A stretch of 64,000 nucleotides of DNA from Fidelibacterota bacterium (GTDB lineage Bacteria > Fidelibacterota > Fidelibacteria > Fidelibacterales > DSDE01): the NCBI GenBank assembly GCA_046735395.1, contig JBJKQR010000036.1, forward strand, positions 1 to 64,000. Direction: 5' to 3'. Each line of letters starts with the position of its first letter. Within the stretch, counting starts at the first letter, position 1. Of this stretch, positions 18,761 to 29,276 are shown in pieces. The translations under genes were made by a program, and so were the position numbers. Under the pieces are notes generated by a model, which did no database searches, was not told the DNA's origin, and was given only the letters and a program-made list of their open reading frames with translations.

Positions 18761-19555
18761 ATGATGAAGCACTGTCTTCTCATCTGTCTGTGCGCGCCCC
18801 TGATGGCTTCGGAATTTTTTCTGACACCGCTGCTGGACGGAGGAATGAATTTGCTGAATCCGGTCTGCGCCACCAGTATTCAGTCATCGTTGAGAAATCC
18901 TGCAAACCGGGTGGAAAATCGGGGCATTATGATGACATTCAGCCCCGGATGGCGGGAATACAGACTGAAGGCGGCAGCCCTGAGCTGGAGTCCCGGCGGC
19001 CGCAGTTCCTGGCCGGATATTCATCTGCTGGCCCAGCACCACGAATTCCTGTCCGCCTGGCAGGCCACCCTTTCCGAAAGCTTTCATCCGGATTCGCTCT
19101 TTCGTTATGGCGTTGCCGTCAGCTGTCAGCATCTGACGCTTCTGGATCATTACCGCTATACAAGCTATTCTCTCGGCACAGGCATTTCCGTACATATCAC
19201 ATCAGAGCTCGAAGCAGGACTTTCCTACCAAAATGCCTGGATCTCCCCGGCCGGACACCGGAACCGCACCCTGCTGCCCGAATTTGAAGCGGGCATTGCA
19301 TGGACAGCCCTTCCGGGACTGCAGCTGTTGCTTTCTGTGAACCGGGAAGGCAATTACCCCGCCTCAGCCGGCATGACACTAAGGAAAATCTGGTTCGGCT
19401 GCGTGACCAACACCCTGTCCTATGTGGAGGAACCGGCTCTTCTGTCTTGTTCGCTCGAACTGCGTTTTCACAAGCGCTACATCTATAATGAGGTGATGCA
19501 ATGGCATCCTTTTCTTCTGGATCTGCATGCGGCGTCCTTTTCGGTCTGTTACTGA
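18761..19555 (+). CDS. Exported hypothetical protein, possible outer-membrane beta-barrel
   Basis: Signal peptide; alternating hydrophobic strands; terminal aromatic residue. Confidence 0.6.
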   Translation: MMKHCLLICLCAPLMASEFFLTPLLDGGMNLLNPVCATSIQSSLRNPANRVENRGIMMTFSPGWREYRLKAAALSWSPGGRSSWPDIHLLAQHHEFLSAWQATLSESFHPDSLFRYGVAVSCQHLTLLDHYRYTSYSLGTGISVHITSELEAGLSYQNAWISPAGHRNRTLLPEFEAGIAWTALPGLQLLLSVNREGNYPASAGMTLRKIWFGCVTNTLSYVEEPALLSCSLELRFHKRYIYNEVMQWHPFLLDLHAASFSVCY

Positions 19556-20904
19556 CACTTGCAGTTCCCGGCTTCAGCCAGCCTGAAGCGCCGGATACCA
19601 GTCTCTTCGCCGCCGGAATCGCGGATCTCACAAAATATCTCGACAGCGAGGAAGGCCTGGGCAAACAGGTTCTGAGGCTTAGGCTGAATGAATCCGGATT
19701 TGAACAGACACTGCGACTGAATCCTATCGATTTTCTTCAGTTCAGCAGCCGCTCCACCCTGCCACTTCGGGATGACGATATGGCCCAGCGTTTCAGTATG
19801 GAGCTTCGCGGCCGCAATTTCTCACTGATACATGGCTACGGATATGTCCATATTGCTCAGGGATTGCTGGCCGGACGCACCATGACCCGGCAGGGAAGCC
19901 GTATCAGCCGTTTCCTTCTGAAAAACGGCCTGCGCACCGTCAGCGATGCCTCATTCTGGAATCCGCCGCTGACGTCCTTCACTCTCAGAACCGCGAATCT
20001 TACAGCAGTTGCCGCCCGCTATGATGAAGATCCAATGGCCGCAATGCTTTTTACAAATCAGAGATTGGCCATAGGCACAGCCTGTCTCGGCGGAGAGTCG
20101 CCGGGTCTGGAGATCTGGGCTCACAACAGCAGTAATCCCCGGTATGTAAGTGTGGATCTCGCCATGAAAAAACCCGGGCGATTGAGTCATGCAAATCTGG
20201 CCGGCGGAGTGCGCGGCCGGACCTTTGATGCGGGCATCAACCTGCTTTTCCGCAACTCTTTTTCCGACAGCGGAACGGATGATTCTCCCTGGGGCAGGCT
20301 CCTGCCCCCCGCGTCCATCGGGATCAATACGGGACTGTGGAAACGAATTTCGCCGGAATTTCACATCGGCGGCAGCCTTATCTCCATTCACAGCCCGTTT
20401 CAGAGGCCTCAATCCTCCCTGTGGCTGGAAATGGGCTGGGCCCGGCGTCCCCATACACTGCGTATAATCTTTAAGCAGAAACATCTCAGCGTGGAGAAGG
20501 ACAGCCCGGCCTGGCCTTTTCTGCCGGTCCGCGCCCGAAGCACAAGTTCTGAACTCATTCTCATGCATCTGATCCGGATCCGGCCGCAGATCACGGTTCG
20601 AAGCGATCTTCACTGGCTCAGGACACAGACGGAGGCCCTCGCCTGGGCGCTCCGCCTCGAGAAAACAGCCCGTCCCTTCGGCTGGCTCATCCAGTTTTCG
20701 GAAGGTTTTTCCTCAGATCAGCCCCTCTATCTACCCCGGCCCTATCTGGGCTCCGCCGTCCTGTCACGGCGTATATCCGATCCCACGCAGGCCCTTGATA
20801 TCCGACTTAATTCACGGCGAAAATTCCTCCTGCTTTCACTGTTGTGCGGCATTTCTTCCAAAGAAGTCTCCGTTCAATGTCAATTGCAAATGGTTTTAAG
20901 GTAA
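19501..20904 (+). CDS. Exported hypothetical protein, possible outer-membrane beta-barrel
   Basis: Signal-like N-terminus; co-oriented in the operon with amidase/murI/folC; exact start uncertain. Confidence 0.6.
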   Translation: MASFSSGSACGVLFGLLLTLAVPGFSQPEAPDTSLFAAGIADLTKYLDSEEGLGKQVLRLRLNESGFEQTLRLNPIDFLQFSSRSTLPLRDDDMAQRFSMELRGRNFSLIHGYGYVHIAQGLLAGRTMTRQGSRISRFLLKNGLRTVSDASFWNPPLTSFTLRTANLTAVAARYDEDPMAAMLFTNQRLAIGTACLGGESPGLEIWAHNSSNPRYVSVDLAMKKPGRLSHANLAGGVRGRTFDAGINLLFRNSFSDSGTDDSPWGRLLPPASIGINTGLWKRISPEFHIGGSLISIHSPFQRPQSSLWLEMGWARRPHTLRIIFKQKHLSVEKDSPAWPFLPVRARSTSSELILMHLIRIRPQITVRSDLHWLRTQTEALAWALRLEKTARPFGWLIQFSEGFSSDQPLYLPRPYLGSAVLSRRISDPTQALDIRLNSRRKFLLLSLLCGISSKEVSVQCQLQMVLR

Positions 20905-20925
20905 TTTTTTCCTAAATTAAGCCTT

Positions 20926-22434
20926 ATGGTGAGACCTTCCCTTATTCGTATAATTTTTTTATGGCTCCTTGTTAGTATCCCGCTCCAGGCCAGCACGCTG
21001 TCCTTCAAGGCCAACGGCTTCACGACCGAGCGCGGAATCAAGACACTGAAGCTCTATGACCAGTCCTGGATCAGCATCAGCGAATTCATGGATACCTTCG
21101 GAAGCGGCGTCGCCCTCGACAAGGACAGCTGGACCCTGCGAGGAAGCCTGGGAAACCGGTCCGCGGAATTTTTCGCCGGCTCCATGTTCTACAAGGTTGA
21201 CAAGGGGCTCTATCATCTTCCCACCACCGTCGAACATGTGGGAGACGAACTGTTCATGCCCACGTCCGAATTTCTGAAATTGCTGCAGACCCACTTTTTT
21301 CCCCAGATCAAATATCAGGAACTGGAAAATCTCTATATTCTGGAACCGACGAATTACAGCATTTCCGATATTGAAATCAAGGAATTCAAGAACGGATCCA
21401 TGGTGCGCATCTACACCAACAAGGCCTTTTCAAAGAAGCACTGCAGCCTCTGGGAAGGCAATAACAACAACGGATGGCTGTATTTCACCATCTATGGCGG
21501 CACCTGCGATACCGTCGCTCTGAAAAAATCCTTTGACAGCGGAGTCATCCGCTACGTGGAACCCATTCAGACCGAAAATTCACTGCAGCTCAGTTTCAGG
21601 CTGCGGCACAGCATCACCGGCAGCGAATTTTACATTGAGAAAAATCCCTCATCCATCGTCATCAATCTTCGCAAGCCCATCACGGGCGATCTGAAGGAAG
21701 AACTGATGGAAACCCGCTCCAAATGGCTCATCGACACCATTGTTCTGGATGCCGGCCATGGCGGCAAGGATCCGGGCGCTCTCGGCTATGACGGCACCCG
21801 GGAAAAGGACATCACCCTTGATGTGGTCAAGCGCCTCGGAGATCTCCTGGAGCGGAATCTGAAAGTGAAAGTCATTTATACACGTGCCACGGATACCTTC
21901 ATTCCCCTGCAGCAGCGCACACAGATCGCCAATAAGTCCGGCGGAAAACTCTTTATTTCCGTTCACTGCAATTCCACCCGCAACCGGAATATCAACGGCT
22001 CGGAGACCTATCTGCTGAGCCTGGAAAAAAATGCGGATGCAGTGCAGGTGGCCGAACTGGAAAACCGCGTTATCCAGTTTGAAGACAATCAGGAATTTTA
22101 CGATAAACTCACGTCCGAGCAGCGGATACTGGCCTCACTCGCCCAAAGCACCTACATGAAGGAAAGCGAGAATCTGGCCGGACTTATCGAGGAAAATTTC
22201 AACAGAACCCTGCACCAGAATCTGCCCGGCAACAGCCGCGGCGTGAAGCAGGCCGGATTTTATGTACTGGTCGGCGCATCCATGCCCAATGTCCTGACGG
22301 AGATCGGTTTCATCTCCAACCGGGACGATCTCCGCAATCTCAAACGGGCTGTATATCGGCAGAAGGTCGCCGAATCCATTTTCAACGCGATCCGGGATTT
22401 CAAATTTGATAATGAAAAAGAGGTCAAGCAGTAA
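20926..22434 (+). CDS. N-acetylmuramoyl-L-alanine amidase (Amidase_3)
   Basis: LDAGHGGKDPGA, FISVHCNS, VLTEIGFISN; signal peptide. Confidence 0.95.
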   Translation: MVRPSLIRIIFLWLLVSIPLQASTLSFKANGFTTERGIKTLKLYDQSWISISEFMDTFGSGVALDKDSWTLRGSLGNRSAEFFAGSMFYKVDKGLYHLPTTVEHVGDELFMPTSEFLKLLQTHFFPQIKYQELENLYILEPTNYSISDIEIKEFKNGSMVRIYTNKAFSKKHCSLWEGNNNNGWLYFTIYGGTCDTVALKKSFDSGVIRYVEPIQTENSLQLSFRLRHSITGSEFYIEKNPSSIVINLRKPITGDLKEELMETRSKWLIDTIVLDAGHGGKDPGALGYDGTREKDITLDVVKRLGDLLERNLKVKVIYTRATDTFIPLQQRTQIANKSGGKLFISVHCNSTRNRNINGSETYLLSLEKNADAVQVAELENRVIQFEDNQEFYDKLTSEQRILASLAQSTYMKESENLAGLIEENFNRTLHQNLPGNSRGVKQAGFYVLVGASMPNVLTEIGFISNRDDLRNLKRAVYRQKVAESIFNAIRDFKFDNEKEVKQ

Positions 22435-23274
22435 ATGACGGACTGCCGTCTTCCCATCGGAGTGTTTGACAGCGGACTGGGCGGACTGACCGTGTACCGG
22501 CAGCTTCGCGAAATTCTTCCCGGTGAAGACATTCTATATCTCGGCGATACCGCCCGCATTCCCTATGGATCCAAAAGCCCGGCCACCATCATTAATTTTT
22601 CCGTACAGATTACGCGCTTCCTGCTGGATAAGCAGATCAAGATGCTGATCGTGGCCTGCAACACGGCCTCCAGCCTGGCTCTGGATACGCTGAAGTCCCT
22701 CTGTCCCGTTCCGGTCATCGGTGTGGTTGAGGCCGGTGTACGCAGTGCAGCAGCGGCCAGCAGGAGCAAACGCATCGCCGTCATCGGCACCCGGGCAACC
22801 ATTGACAGCGGAGCCTATCCGCGCACCATGAAGGCCCTGAATGGCGGCACAGAGGTGATGGGCAGCGCCTGCCCTCTTTTCGTCCCGCTCGTGGAGGAAG
22901 GGTTTTCGGATCATCCCGCCGCAGCCCTCGTTGCCCGCGATTATCTGAATTTTCTCACTGACAGCGATACGGATGCCCTCATTCTGGGCTGTACCCACTA
23001 TCCCATTCTGGAATCCCTCATCCGGGACACAATTCCCGCAGGAATACAGATCGTAAATCCGTCTCATGCCGTTGCAGAAGAAGTGCGGCAGCTGCTGACG
23101 GATACACATTGCACGAATCCGCAGGCCTCGGGCCGCAGTGAATTCTATGTGACGGATCTGGCTGCCAAATTTCACGAGCTGAGCAGCCGTTTTCTCGGCT
23201 ACCCGCTTGAATCCGTCCACACGGTCTCTGTGGAAACACTTGAATCATACGGCCTTCACGCCACAAAATCATGA
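22435..23274 (+). CDS. murI: Glutamate racemase
   Basis: FDSGLGGLTV, PYGSKS, ACNTAS, LGCTHYP. Confidence 0.97.
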   Translation: MTDCRLPIGVFDSGLGGLTVYRQLREILPGEDILYLGDTARIPYGSKSPATIINFSVQITRFLLDKQIKMLIVACNTASSLALDTLKSLCPVPVIGVVEAGVRSAAAASRSKRIAVIGTRATIDSGAYPRTMKALNGGTEVMGSACPLFVPLVEEGFSDHPAAALVARDYLNFLTDSDTDALILGCTHYPILESLIRDTIPAGIQIVNPSHAVAEEVRQLLTDTHCTNPQASGRSEFYVTDLAAKFHELSSRFLGYPLESVHTVSVETLESYGLHATKS

Positions 23275-24536
23275 CACACGACAGTCTGCCTTCCTATCTC
23301 GGCGAGCTCTACGCCCGGATTGGCGGAACCATGAAGTTCGGCCTGGACCGGACCCGGAAATTCATGGAAAAGCTGGGACATCCCGAAAGCAAATTCAAAA
23401 GCCTGCATATTGCCGGGACGAACGGGAAAGGATCGGTGACGGCTATTCTCGCCCGCATCCTTCAGAAGCACGGCTACCGGACCGGACGTTTCACGTCGCC
23501 CCATCTGCTTCGCTTCAATGAACGCATCCGGATTGACGACGGCATGATTCCCGAAGCGGAAATACGTTCCCGTCTGGAAGACTGGCAGGAGTATATCGAC
23601 AGCGAGGGCATCTCCTTTTTTGAGATCACCACCGGCCTGGCTTTTTCCTGGTTCGCGGATCAGTCGGTCGACATCGCGGTGGTCGAGACCGGCCTGGGCG
23701 GGCGGCTGGACAGCACGAATGTGCTCGATCCCGAACTCTCTCTCATTACTCACATCGCCCGGGATCACATGAAGATTCTGGGTTCCACACTGCCGAAAAT
23801 CGCCGCTGAAAAAGCGGGTATCATCAAGGCTCACCGGCCTGTTATCACCGGACAGCAGTCTCCCGGCGCTCTGAACGTGCTGAAACAGGTCGCGGAGGAG
23901 AAATCGGCCCCGTTTATTCACTGCAATTGGAAACGAATCAGCCATCCTGACGTCGGACCGACCGGCAGTACATTCCGGCTCGCGCCCTATGACCATACGT
24001 TTCATCTGGGACTGGCCGGGCGGCATCAGCTGGACAATATGCTCATCGCCGTCACAGCCGCGGAACAGTTTCTCGGCTCCACGCTGGATCCGGGCCGGAT
24101 GGCGGAAGCATTGGAAACCATCCGCTGGAAGGGCCGTTTCGAGATCCTGAGCGAAAAGCCCCGGATCATTTACGACGTGGCTCACAACCTGGATGGTGCC
24201 CAACGTCTATTTGAAGCCATGGATGAATTCTACCCGGGCAAAAAGCCCATCATCTGCCTGGGATTGCTGGAGGACAAACAGTTCGACCCCATCCTCCGGC
24301 TCTGCCGCCGGCACAGTGATGCGGTTCATCTCTGCCACGTGCACAGCCATCGCGCATTCAGCATGGAAGAACTGATGCAGCGTTCCGGCCTTTCCGCGTC
24401 CCACCTGCACAGCAGCTGCAGCTCAGCACTGAATTCTCTGATCCCCGGACTGTCGGACAATGACCTTCTCCTTATTTTCGGTTCCCATTATATCGCCTCC
24501 GAGGTTTATGCAGCCTTTCCCGAAGCAGACGCCTGA
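23271..24536 (+). CDS. folC: Folylpolyglutamate synthase/dihydrofolate synthase
   Basis: HIAGTNGKGS, TSPHL, ETGLGGRLDSTN, DVAHN. Confidence 0.96.
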   Translation: MTHDSLPSYLGELYARIGGTMKFGLDRTRKFMEKLGHPESKFKSLHIAGTNGKGSVTAILARILQKHGYRTGRFTSPHLLRFNERIRIDDGMIPEAEIRSRLEDWQEYIDSEGISFFEITTGLAFSWFADQSVDIAVVETGLGGRLDSTNVLDPELSLITHIARDHMKILGSTLPKIAAEKAGIIKAHRPVITGQQSPGALNVLKQVAEEKSAPFIHCNWKRISHPDVGPTGSTFRLAPYDHTFHLGLAGRHQLDNMLIAVTAAEQFLGSTLDPGRMAEALETIRWKGRFEILSEKPRIIYDVAHNLDGAQRLFEAMDEFYPGKKPIICLGLLEDKQFDPILRLCRRHSDAVHLCHVHSHRAFSMEELMQRSGLSASHLHSSCSSALNSLIPGLSDNDLLLIFGSHYIASEVYAAFPEADA

Positions 24537-24617
24537 CCCTCCGGCCGGGAAAAATTAGCATAGCCGTCATTTCCCATTTCATTCTATTCGGAATTGGCGT
24601 AAATTCTCCTCCGAAAA

Positions 24618-24694
24618 GGGCGATTGGCTCAGTTGGTTAGAGCGCCGGTCTCACATTCCGGAGATCACAGGTTCGAATCCCGTATCGCCCACCA
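24618..24694 (+). tRNA. tRNA-Val(CAC)
   Basis: Cloverleaf GGGCGAT/ATCGCCC; anticodon loop CT-CAC-AT; TTCGAAT; encoded CCA; single mismatches in anticodon and T stems. Confidence 0.9.
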
Positions 24695-24697
24695 GGC

Positions 24698-24742
24698 AAA
24701 AGCCCCGCACTATGACAAGCTCAGTGAACGGGGCTTTTTTTT
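24698..24742 (+). terminator. Intrinsic terminator after tRNA-Val
   Basis: AAAAGCCCCG...CGGGGCTTTTTTTT. Confidence 0.8.
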
Positions 24743-24970
24743 AGGTATGAGAAACGAGTAGCGAGTAACGAGTTGACGAGTTAACGAGCGGCGGGGCGGT
24801 CAAACTGCTTCATCACCGGGATTCGCGCCCTGTCTTCGTGAAACGGAGACAGGCGTCCCGCGGAATGAAGTGAAGCGGAAAAAACCTGTAGGTTCGTAAC
24901 GAAACGCTGTTCGGCAAAGCCGAACGAAGTGGAGTTCAGCGAGGATCCGCCAGCCGGCGGACCGCAAGCT

Positions 24971-25103
24971 AATCCCGTATCGCCCACCAGGCAAAAGCCC
25001 CGCACTATGACAAGCTCAGTGAACGGGGCTTTTTTTTAGGTATGAGTAAAGAGTATCGAGTAGCGAGTTGACGAGTTGACGAGTTAAAGAGCGGCGGGGC
25101 GGT
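24971..25103 (+). repeat. Direct duplicate of tRNA-Val 3' end + terminator + microrepeats (copy of 24676-24800)
   Basis: AATCCCGTATCGCCCACCAGGCAAAAGCCCCGCAC... repeated. Confidence 0.9.
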
Positions 25104-25114
25104 AATTGAAATTG

Positions 25115-25142
25115 GTAGAGACGTTGCATGCAACGTCTCTGC
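25115..25142. repeat. GTAG-type REP-like palindrome
   Basis: GTAGAGACGTTGCATGCAACGTCTCTGC. Confidence 0.75.
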
Positions 25143-25547
25143 AAGCATCCATAATATATATTTTTCAAAATGCGGTAAATCATGGTTCCCCCCTCCCAAC
25201 CATCCGTGTACGAAGCAAACCGATGTATCTTTGAAACATGGCAAATGCTTTCGTTCTGAACAGAAATTCTCGTTTCATTACCTCCTTTCTATTCTATCGT
25301 CACGTGTGCGCTGGATCACAATGACAAAATTAACAATTGACAGTTTCGTGTGCCGCCCGTACGCAACAATTTTAACATAATTAGCCGAATAATAGGGATA
25401 TATATCGGGAATTGCTGTTTCTGCGCAAAGTATTTTCAGGGGATAATTCAAAAAAAATCAACAGCTTCATTGCATGGGGTCTAAATTGACCTTATTTTGT
25501 CATGAACAGGAGTATATTTTGACTGCTTTAGTTACAGGGGGAAGACG

Positions 25548-27503
25548 ATGAAAAGACAATTATGGGTGCTGTCACTGTTTGTCCTTGTGAGCAGTGCCTT
25601 TGGTTCGGTTGTCGATTGCTGGGATTTCAACGGGTCCGACTCCCTGGTGACTGTCGGGAGCAAGGGCCTGATAATTGAGCATTTCGGAACCGCGATTTCA
25701 GAAGGCTATGAGGGAGATGGCCTTCAGTTCAGCGGAGACAGCAGTTATTCGCAATTTTCGCTGGCAGGCGGCGTTCGGAGGGACGTCATCAGTATTGAAA
25801 TGATGCTGTACATTCCGGATTCGCTGAACTACAGCCTCATACTGGGCAGCGGCGAAGTGGCGCCCCTGTTCGGCATCATTTACTCCGGGGAAGAGCCGGG
25901 GCTTGTGCCGGACGCGTTGTATTTCATTGCCGGTGAGGACGACCTGAATCATGCCCACACTTTGAACTTTCCACGAAATCAGTGGTTTCAACTGGGCTGC
26001 TCCTGGAATGGAAATATTGAGAAAATATTTATTGACGGCCGCTTGGAATCCAAGGTCAGGAGCGGTGGAAATATGACACTCGCCGACAGTCTCTACCTCG
26101 GCGCGTCACCCGAATTCGGATATTCCTTCCGTGGCAGCCTGGACAATCTGGTCATTTATGACTCAAATGTTGATTTCGGTACCGCAAATGATAGCAGCAG
26201 TGCAAAATTTGAAATTCCTGATATCAACGAAACCGAGGATTATGAATTCAGCATATCCCTTCAGGGAAATATGGAAACGCCCATATCCTCGTTTGAGCTG
26301 AGAGCCAGCGGTTTTGACACCAACCTCGTATATCTCGGCTGCAATCTGGATTCGGTGATGTTTTCCGGCCTGAACTGGAGTTTATCCCGGCATTACAGTG
26401 ACGGCCTGCTTTATGTAGCCGCTGCCGGCGCAGACAGCATCATTGATTCCGGGACGCTGATGAATATCACGGCTATTGTTCCTGAATCAAATGTAAAGGA
26501 CACGCTGATTCTGACGGTGGACTGGATCATTGCCAATAATGATACACTGGCGGTGAATGTGCCCGGACGCATCATTATTCATCCCGTCTGTATCGGGGAT
26601 GCGGATCTGAACGGACAGATCCGGGCCTATGACGCCTCCCAGATCCTGAAATATGAAATCGGCCGGAAAGGACTGAACCGGCTGCAGAAGATCAACGCCG
26701 ACATCAATGAAGATTCGGTCGTATCGGCCTTCGACGCGGCCCTGATTCTTCAGTACTTAGTGGGGATCATCGATTCCCTTCCCTGCGATACGAGCATTGC
26801 CGGTGAAGGCAGCCTGAGCTTCAACGAAGGACAGCAGACCCTTTCAAATCAGCTTGAAGTACCCCTGACCCTTACCACGAACAGCGACCTGTATTCCCTG
26901 TATTACCGTCTGAGCTATGATCCGTCGCAGCTTCAGTGCCTCGGCGTGGAAAGGGCGGAAGGGCTGGATGGCCTGACACTGGAAAACGACATCCGCAATG
27001 GTGAAATAATCGTTTCCGGAGCCTCCGGTACACCCATGAACGGCAATCTTCTTTTCTCAAAACTTATTTTCGCCCCGGCTGACGGACAGACAGAATTAGA
27101 ATCCAGCATCATACTGGAGGAAACACAGTTCAATGACATGCCCCGCGAGATCGCCGGCGATACCCTGACGGTGCAGATGACGGTAACCGGTGTCGCGGAT
27201 ACGAAGGCTGAAAACTTCCGCCTGGAACAGAATTACCCCAACCCCTTCAATCCGCTCACCCACATACGGTATACCCTCCCGGAACAGGCGAACCTGCGGA
27301 TGGCTATATTTGACGTGTCCGGCCGGCTGGTGAGAAGCTGGGCGAGAACCGGACAGATGCAGGGACAGTACGACCTTGTATGGGACGGCCGCAACGACCA
27401 TGGCAAAATTCTGTCCGCCGGTATCTACTTCTGCCGGATGGAAGCAGACCCCGCATCCGGATCCCCCTTTGTTCAGACACGGAAAATGGTATTTCTGAAA
27501 TAG
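25548..27503 (+). CDS. Secreted LamG-like + cohesin-like + dockerin + cohesin-like protein with FlgD/T9SS-type CTD
   Basis: Signal peptide; duplicated dockerin loops GDADLNG..RAYDAS / ADINED..VSAFDAA; QNYPNPFNP...RKMVFLK. Confidence 0.85.
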   Translation: MKRQLWVLSLFVLVSSAFGSVVDCWDFNGSDSLVTVGSKGLIIEHFGTAISEGYEGDGLQFSGDSSYSQFSLAGGVRRDVISIEMMLYIPDSLNYSLILGSGEVAPLFGIIYSGEEPGLVPDALYFIAGEDDLNHAHTLNFPRNQWFQLGCSWNGNIEKIFIDGRLESKVRSGGNMTLADSLYLGASPEFGYSFRGSLDNLVIYDSNVDFGTANDSSSAKFEIPDINETEDYEFSISLQGNMETPISSFELRASGFDTNLVYLGCNLDSVMFSGLNWSLSRHYSDGLLYVAAAGADSIIDSGTLMNITAIVPESNVKDTLILTVDWIIANNDTLAVNVPGRIIIHPVCIGDADLNGQIRAYDASQILKYEIGRKGLNRLQKINADINEDSVVSAFDAALILQYLVGIIDSLPCDTSIAGEGSLSFNEGQQTLSNQLEVPLTLTTNSDLYSLYYRLSYDPSQLQCLGVERAEGLDGLTLENDIRNGEIIVSGASGTPMNGNLLFSKLIFAPADGQTELESSIILEETQFNDMPREIAGDTLTVQMTVTGVADTKAENFRLEQNYPNPFNPLTHIRYTLPEQANLRMAIFDVSGRLVRSWARTGQMQGQYDLVWDGRNDHGKILSAGIYFCRMEADPASGSPFVQTRKMVFLK

Positions 27504-27526
27504 TCGGCACAGAACATAAAGTACAG

Positions 27527-27552
27527 AAAGCCTCCTTCGCGGAGGCTTTTTT
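27527..27552 (+). terminator. Intrinsic terminator
   Basis: AAAGCCTCC-ttcgc-GGAGGCTTTTTT. Confidence 0.85.
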
Positions 27553-27654
27553 ACTATCGGTGTTTTTCCTCTGGTTCCGTAGCGGAATGAAAAATAAATT
27601 CCATAAAATACGATTTGCGGGCAACCGAAGCGGCCCGGAGCGAGTCTAAGAGAT

Positions 27655-28215
27655 ATGGACAGAGATGCGGTCATACTGAGCCTGTACCGAAACGGCTTTC
27701 ATCAGAAGGCCATGGCCCTGCTGATGGATCATTACGGGGATGACCTGTGGAGATATATTCTGACGCTGGTGAATAATGAGGATGATGCCGCCGACCTGAG
27801 TCAGGAAACCCTGATTAAAGTGTATCGGAATCTCTCCGGATTCCGGGGGGACAGCCTGCTCCGGACCTGGATATTCAGCATAGCCCGAAATACGGCATTC
27901 AGCTGGATGCAGACACGAAATTTCCGGACATCCCAGGCAGATGATGCGCCGGATCAGAGCAGGTTTTCGGATGACGAAGCGGAATCCATTACCGAAAAGG
28001 ACAGCATCACACCCCTCATCCGCCAACTGTCTCCGCCGCTGCAGACACCCCTCACGCTTCATTACTACATGGGCTGCAGCTATGAGGAAAGCGCCGCCAT
28101 CCTGGCCATTCCCATCAATACCCTGAAGGCCCGGATACGCAGGGCCAAGCTGGCGCTGGCCGGCCTGCTGCGCAGCGCTGCACCCGAAGCCGTCAAACTG
28201 GGAGGAGCATCATGA
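27655..28215 (+). CDS. ECF sigma-70 factor
   Basis: DAADLSQETLIKVY, TWIFSIARN, SYEE.A.IL.IP.NT.K.RI.RA. Confidence 0.92.
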   Translation: MDRDAVILSLYRNGFHQKAMALLMDHYGDDLWRYILTLVNNEDDAADLSQETLIKVYRNLSGFRGDSLLRTWIFSIARNTAFSWMQTRNFRTSQADDAPDQSRFSDDEAESITEKDSITPLIRQLSPPLQTPLTLHYYMGCSYEESAAILAIPINTLKARIRRAKLALAGLLRSAAPEAVKLGGAS

Positions 28216-28646
28216 AAAACTGTGATCATATTCTGGAATACTATGTTCGGAACGGCGCCGAAGACCGGAGAGTGGCCCGCCACATGTCCACCTGTGATAC
28301 CTGCCGGAGCCGCATTGACGCCGCGGAAAGAATGGACCGGGCACTGGCCCGGACACAAACTCCCGGGCTGCCGCAGCATGTACGCAGTCAGGTACTCCAA
28401 TCCGTTCCGCGCTTTGCCCCCTGGCCGGTCGAAAAGTGGCTGGACATTGCAGCGATTCTGCTCACGGTTCTCACTGCCGCCTTCAACCTGCCCGGCATAG
28501 GCCGGCTCTTCCTGGTGCTTGTAACCGGGCTTTCAGAAATTTTTCCGGAAACTGCATCAGGGCTTATGATTTTCGGCCTTTTTCCCACTCTCACCCTCCT
28601 GCTCCTGCTGGGCGCCGCCGAAGTGAAACGGGCCTGGCAGACCTGA
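28212..28646 (+). CDS. Membrane zinc-binding anti-sigma factor (ZAS)
   Basis: HMSTCDTC (HxxxCxxC); C-terminal TM helices; ATGA overlap with the sigma gene. Confidence 0.85.
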   Translation: MKNCDHILEYYVRNGAEDRRVARHMSTCDTCRSRIDAAERMDRALARTQTPGLPQHVRSQVLQSVPRFAPWPVEKWLDIAAILLTVLTAAFNLPGIGRLFLVLVTGLSEIFPETASGLMIFGLFPTLTLLLLLGAAEVKRAWQT

Positions 28647-28746
28647 ACCCGTTTCAGGATGAATTCATGCGCGGATCTCAGAGCAAAGAATTTCGCTTGA
28701 AATTATTTGGAAATACAGATATATTTACCAGCTTTTTGATATGGAT

Positions 28747-28820
28747 GCGCACGTAGCTCAGTTGGATAGAGCGACGGATTCCGGTTCCGTAGGCCGAGGG
28801 TTCGAATCCTTCCGTGCGTA
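28747..28820 (+). tRNA. tRNA-Arg(CCG), CCA not encoded
   Basis: GCGCACG/CGTGCGT; ACGGA-TTCCGGT-TCCGT; GGTTCGAATCC. Confidence 0.93.
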
Positions 28821-28888
28821 CAAGGCCGCGTCAAGGCGATCCCGTTCCGGTTCCGGCCGGATGCCGAACGCGTAGACAGGCCCGCTCT

Positions 28889-28964
28889 GCGTCTGTAGCT
28901 CAATTGGTAGAGCAGCGGACTCTTAATCCGTTGGTTGAAGGTTCAAGTCCTTCCAGGCGTACCA
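28889..28964 (+). tRNA. tRNA-Lys(CTT)
   Basis: GCGTCTG/CAGGCGT; GCGGA-CTCTTAA-TCCGT; GAAGG-TTCAAGT-CCTTC; CCA. Confidence 0.95.
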
Positions 28965-29112
28965 GCCAAAGCCCTTAAGCATCAAAGACTTAGGGGCTTT
29001 TTGCATTGGGCCACTTTTCTCCAGAAGTGTAGCGAAAAGGACAAATATGGACAAACCCTTACATTCCCGTTTCATAGAGCAGGATAAAACTCACGCCTGT
29101 GCGGGACAGGCT

Positions 29113-29276
29113 GTTGGTTGAAGGTTCCCCCGCCCCGCAAGGCGGGGAACCCGATCCAAGATCGGGCGGGGCCAGGCGTACCAGCTAAAGCCCTTAAGTT
29201 TCAAAGACTTAGGGGCTTTTTGTTTGTGGGTGCTTTTCTCCAGAAATGTATCCAAAAGGACAAATATGGACAAACC
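29113..29276 (+). repeat. Direct duplicate of tRNA-Lys 3' end, terminator and downstream DNA (copy of 28930-29057), att-like
   Basis: GTTGGTTGAAGGTTC...CCAGGCGTACCA...AAAGCCCTTAAG...GGACAAATATGGACAAAC repeated. Confidence 0.9.

Noticed and set aside
25005..25244. RAYT transposase fragment
   Set aside because: Only the REP-derived ETLHATSL peptide is present; no HUH motif
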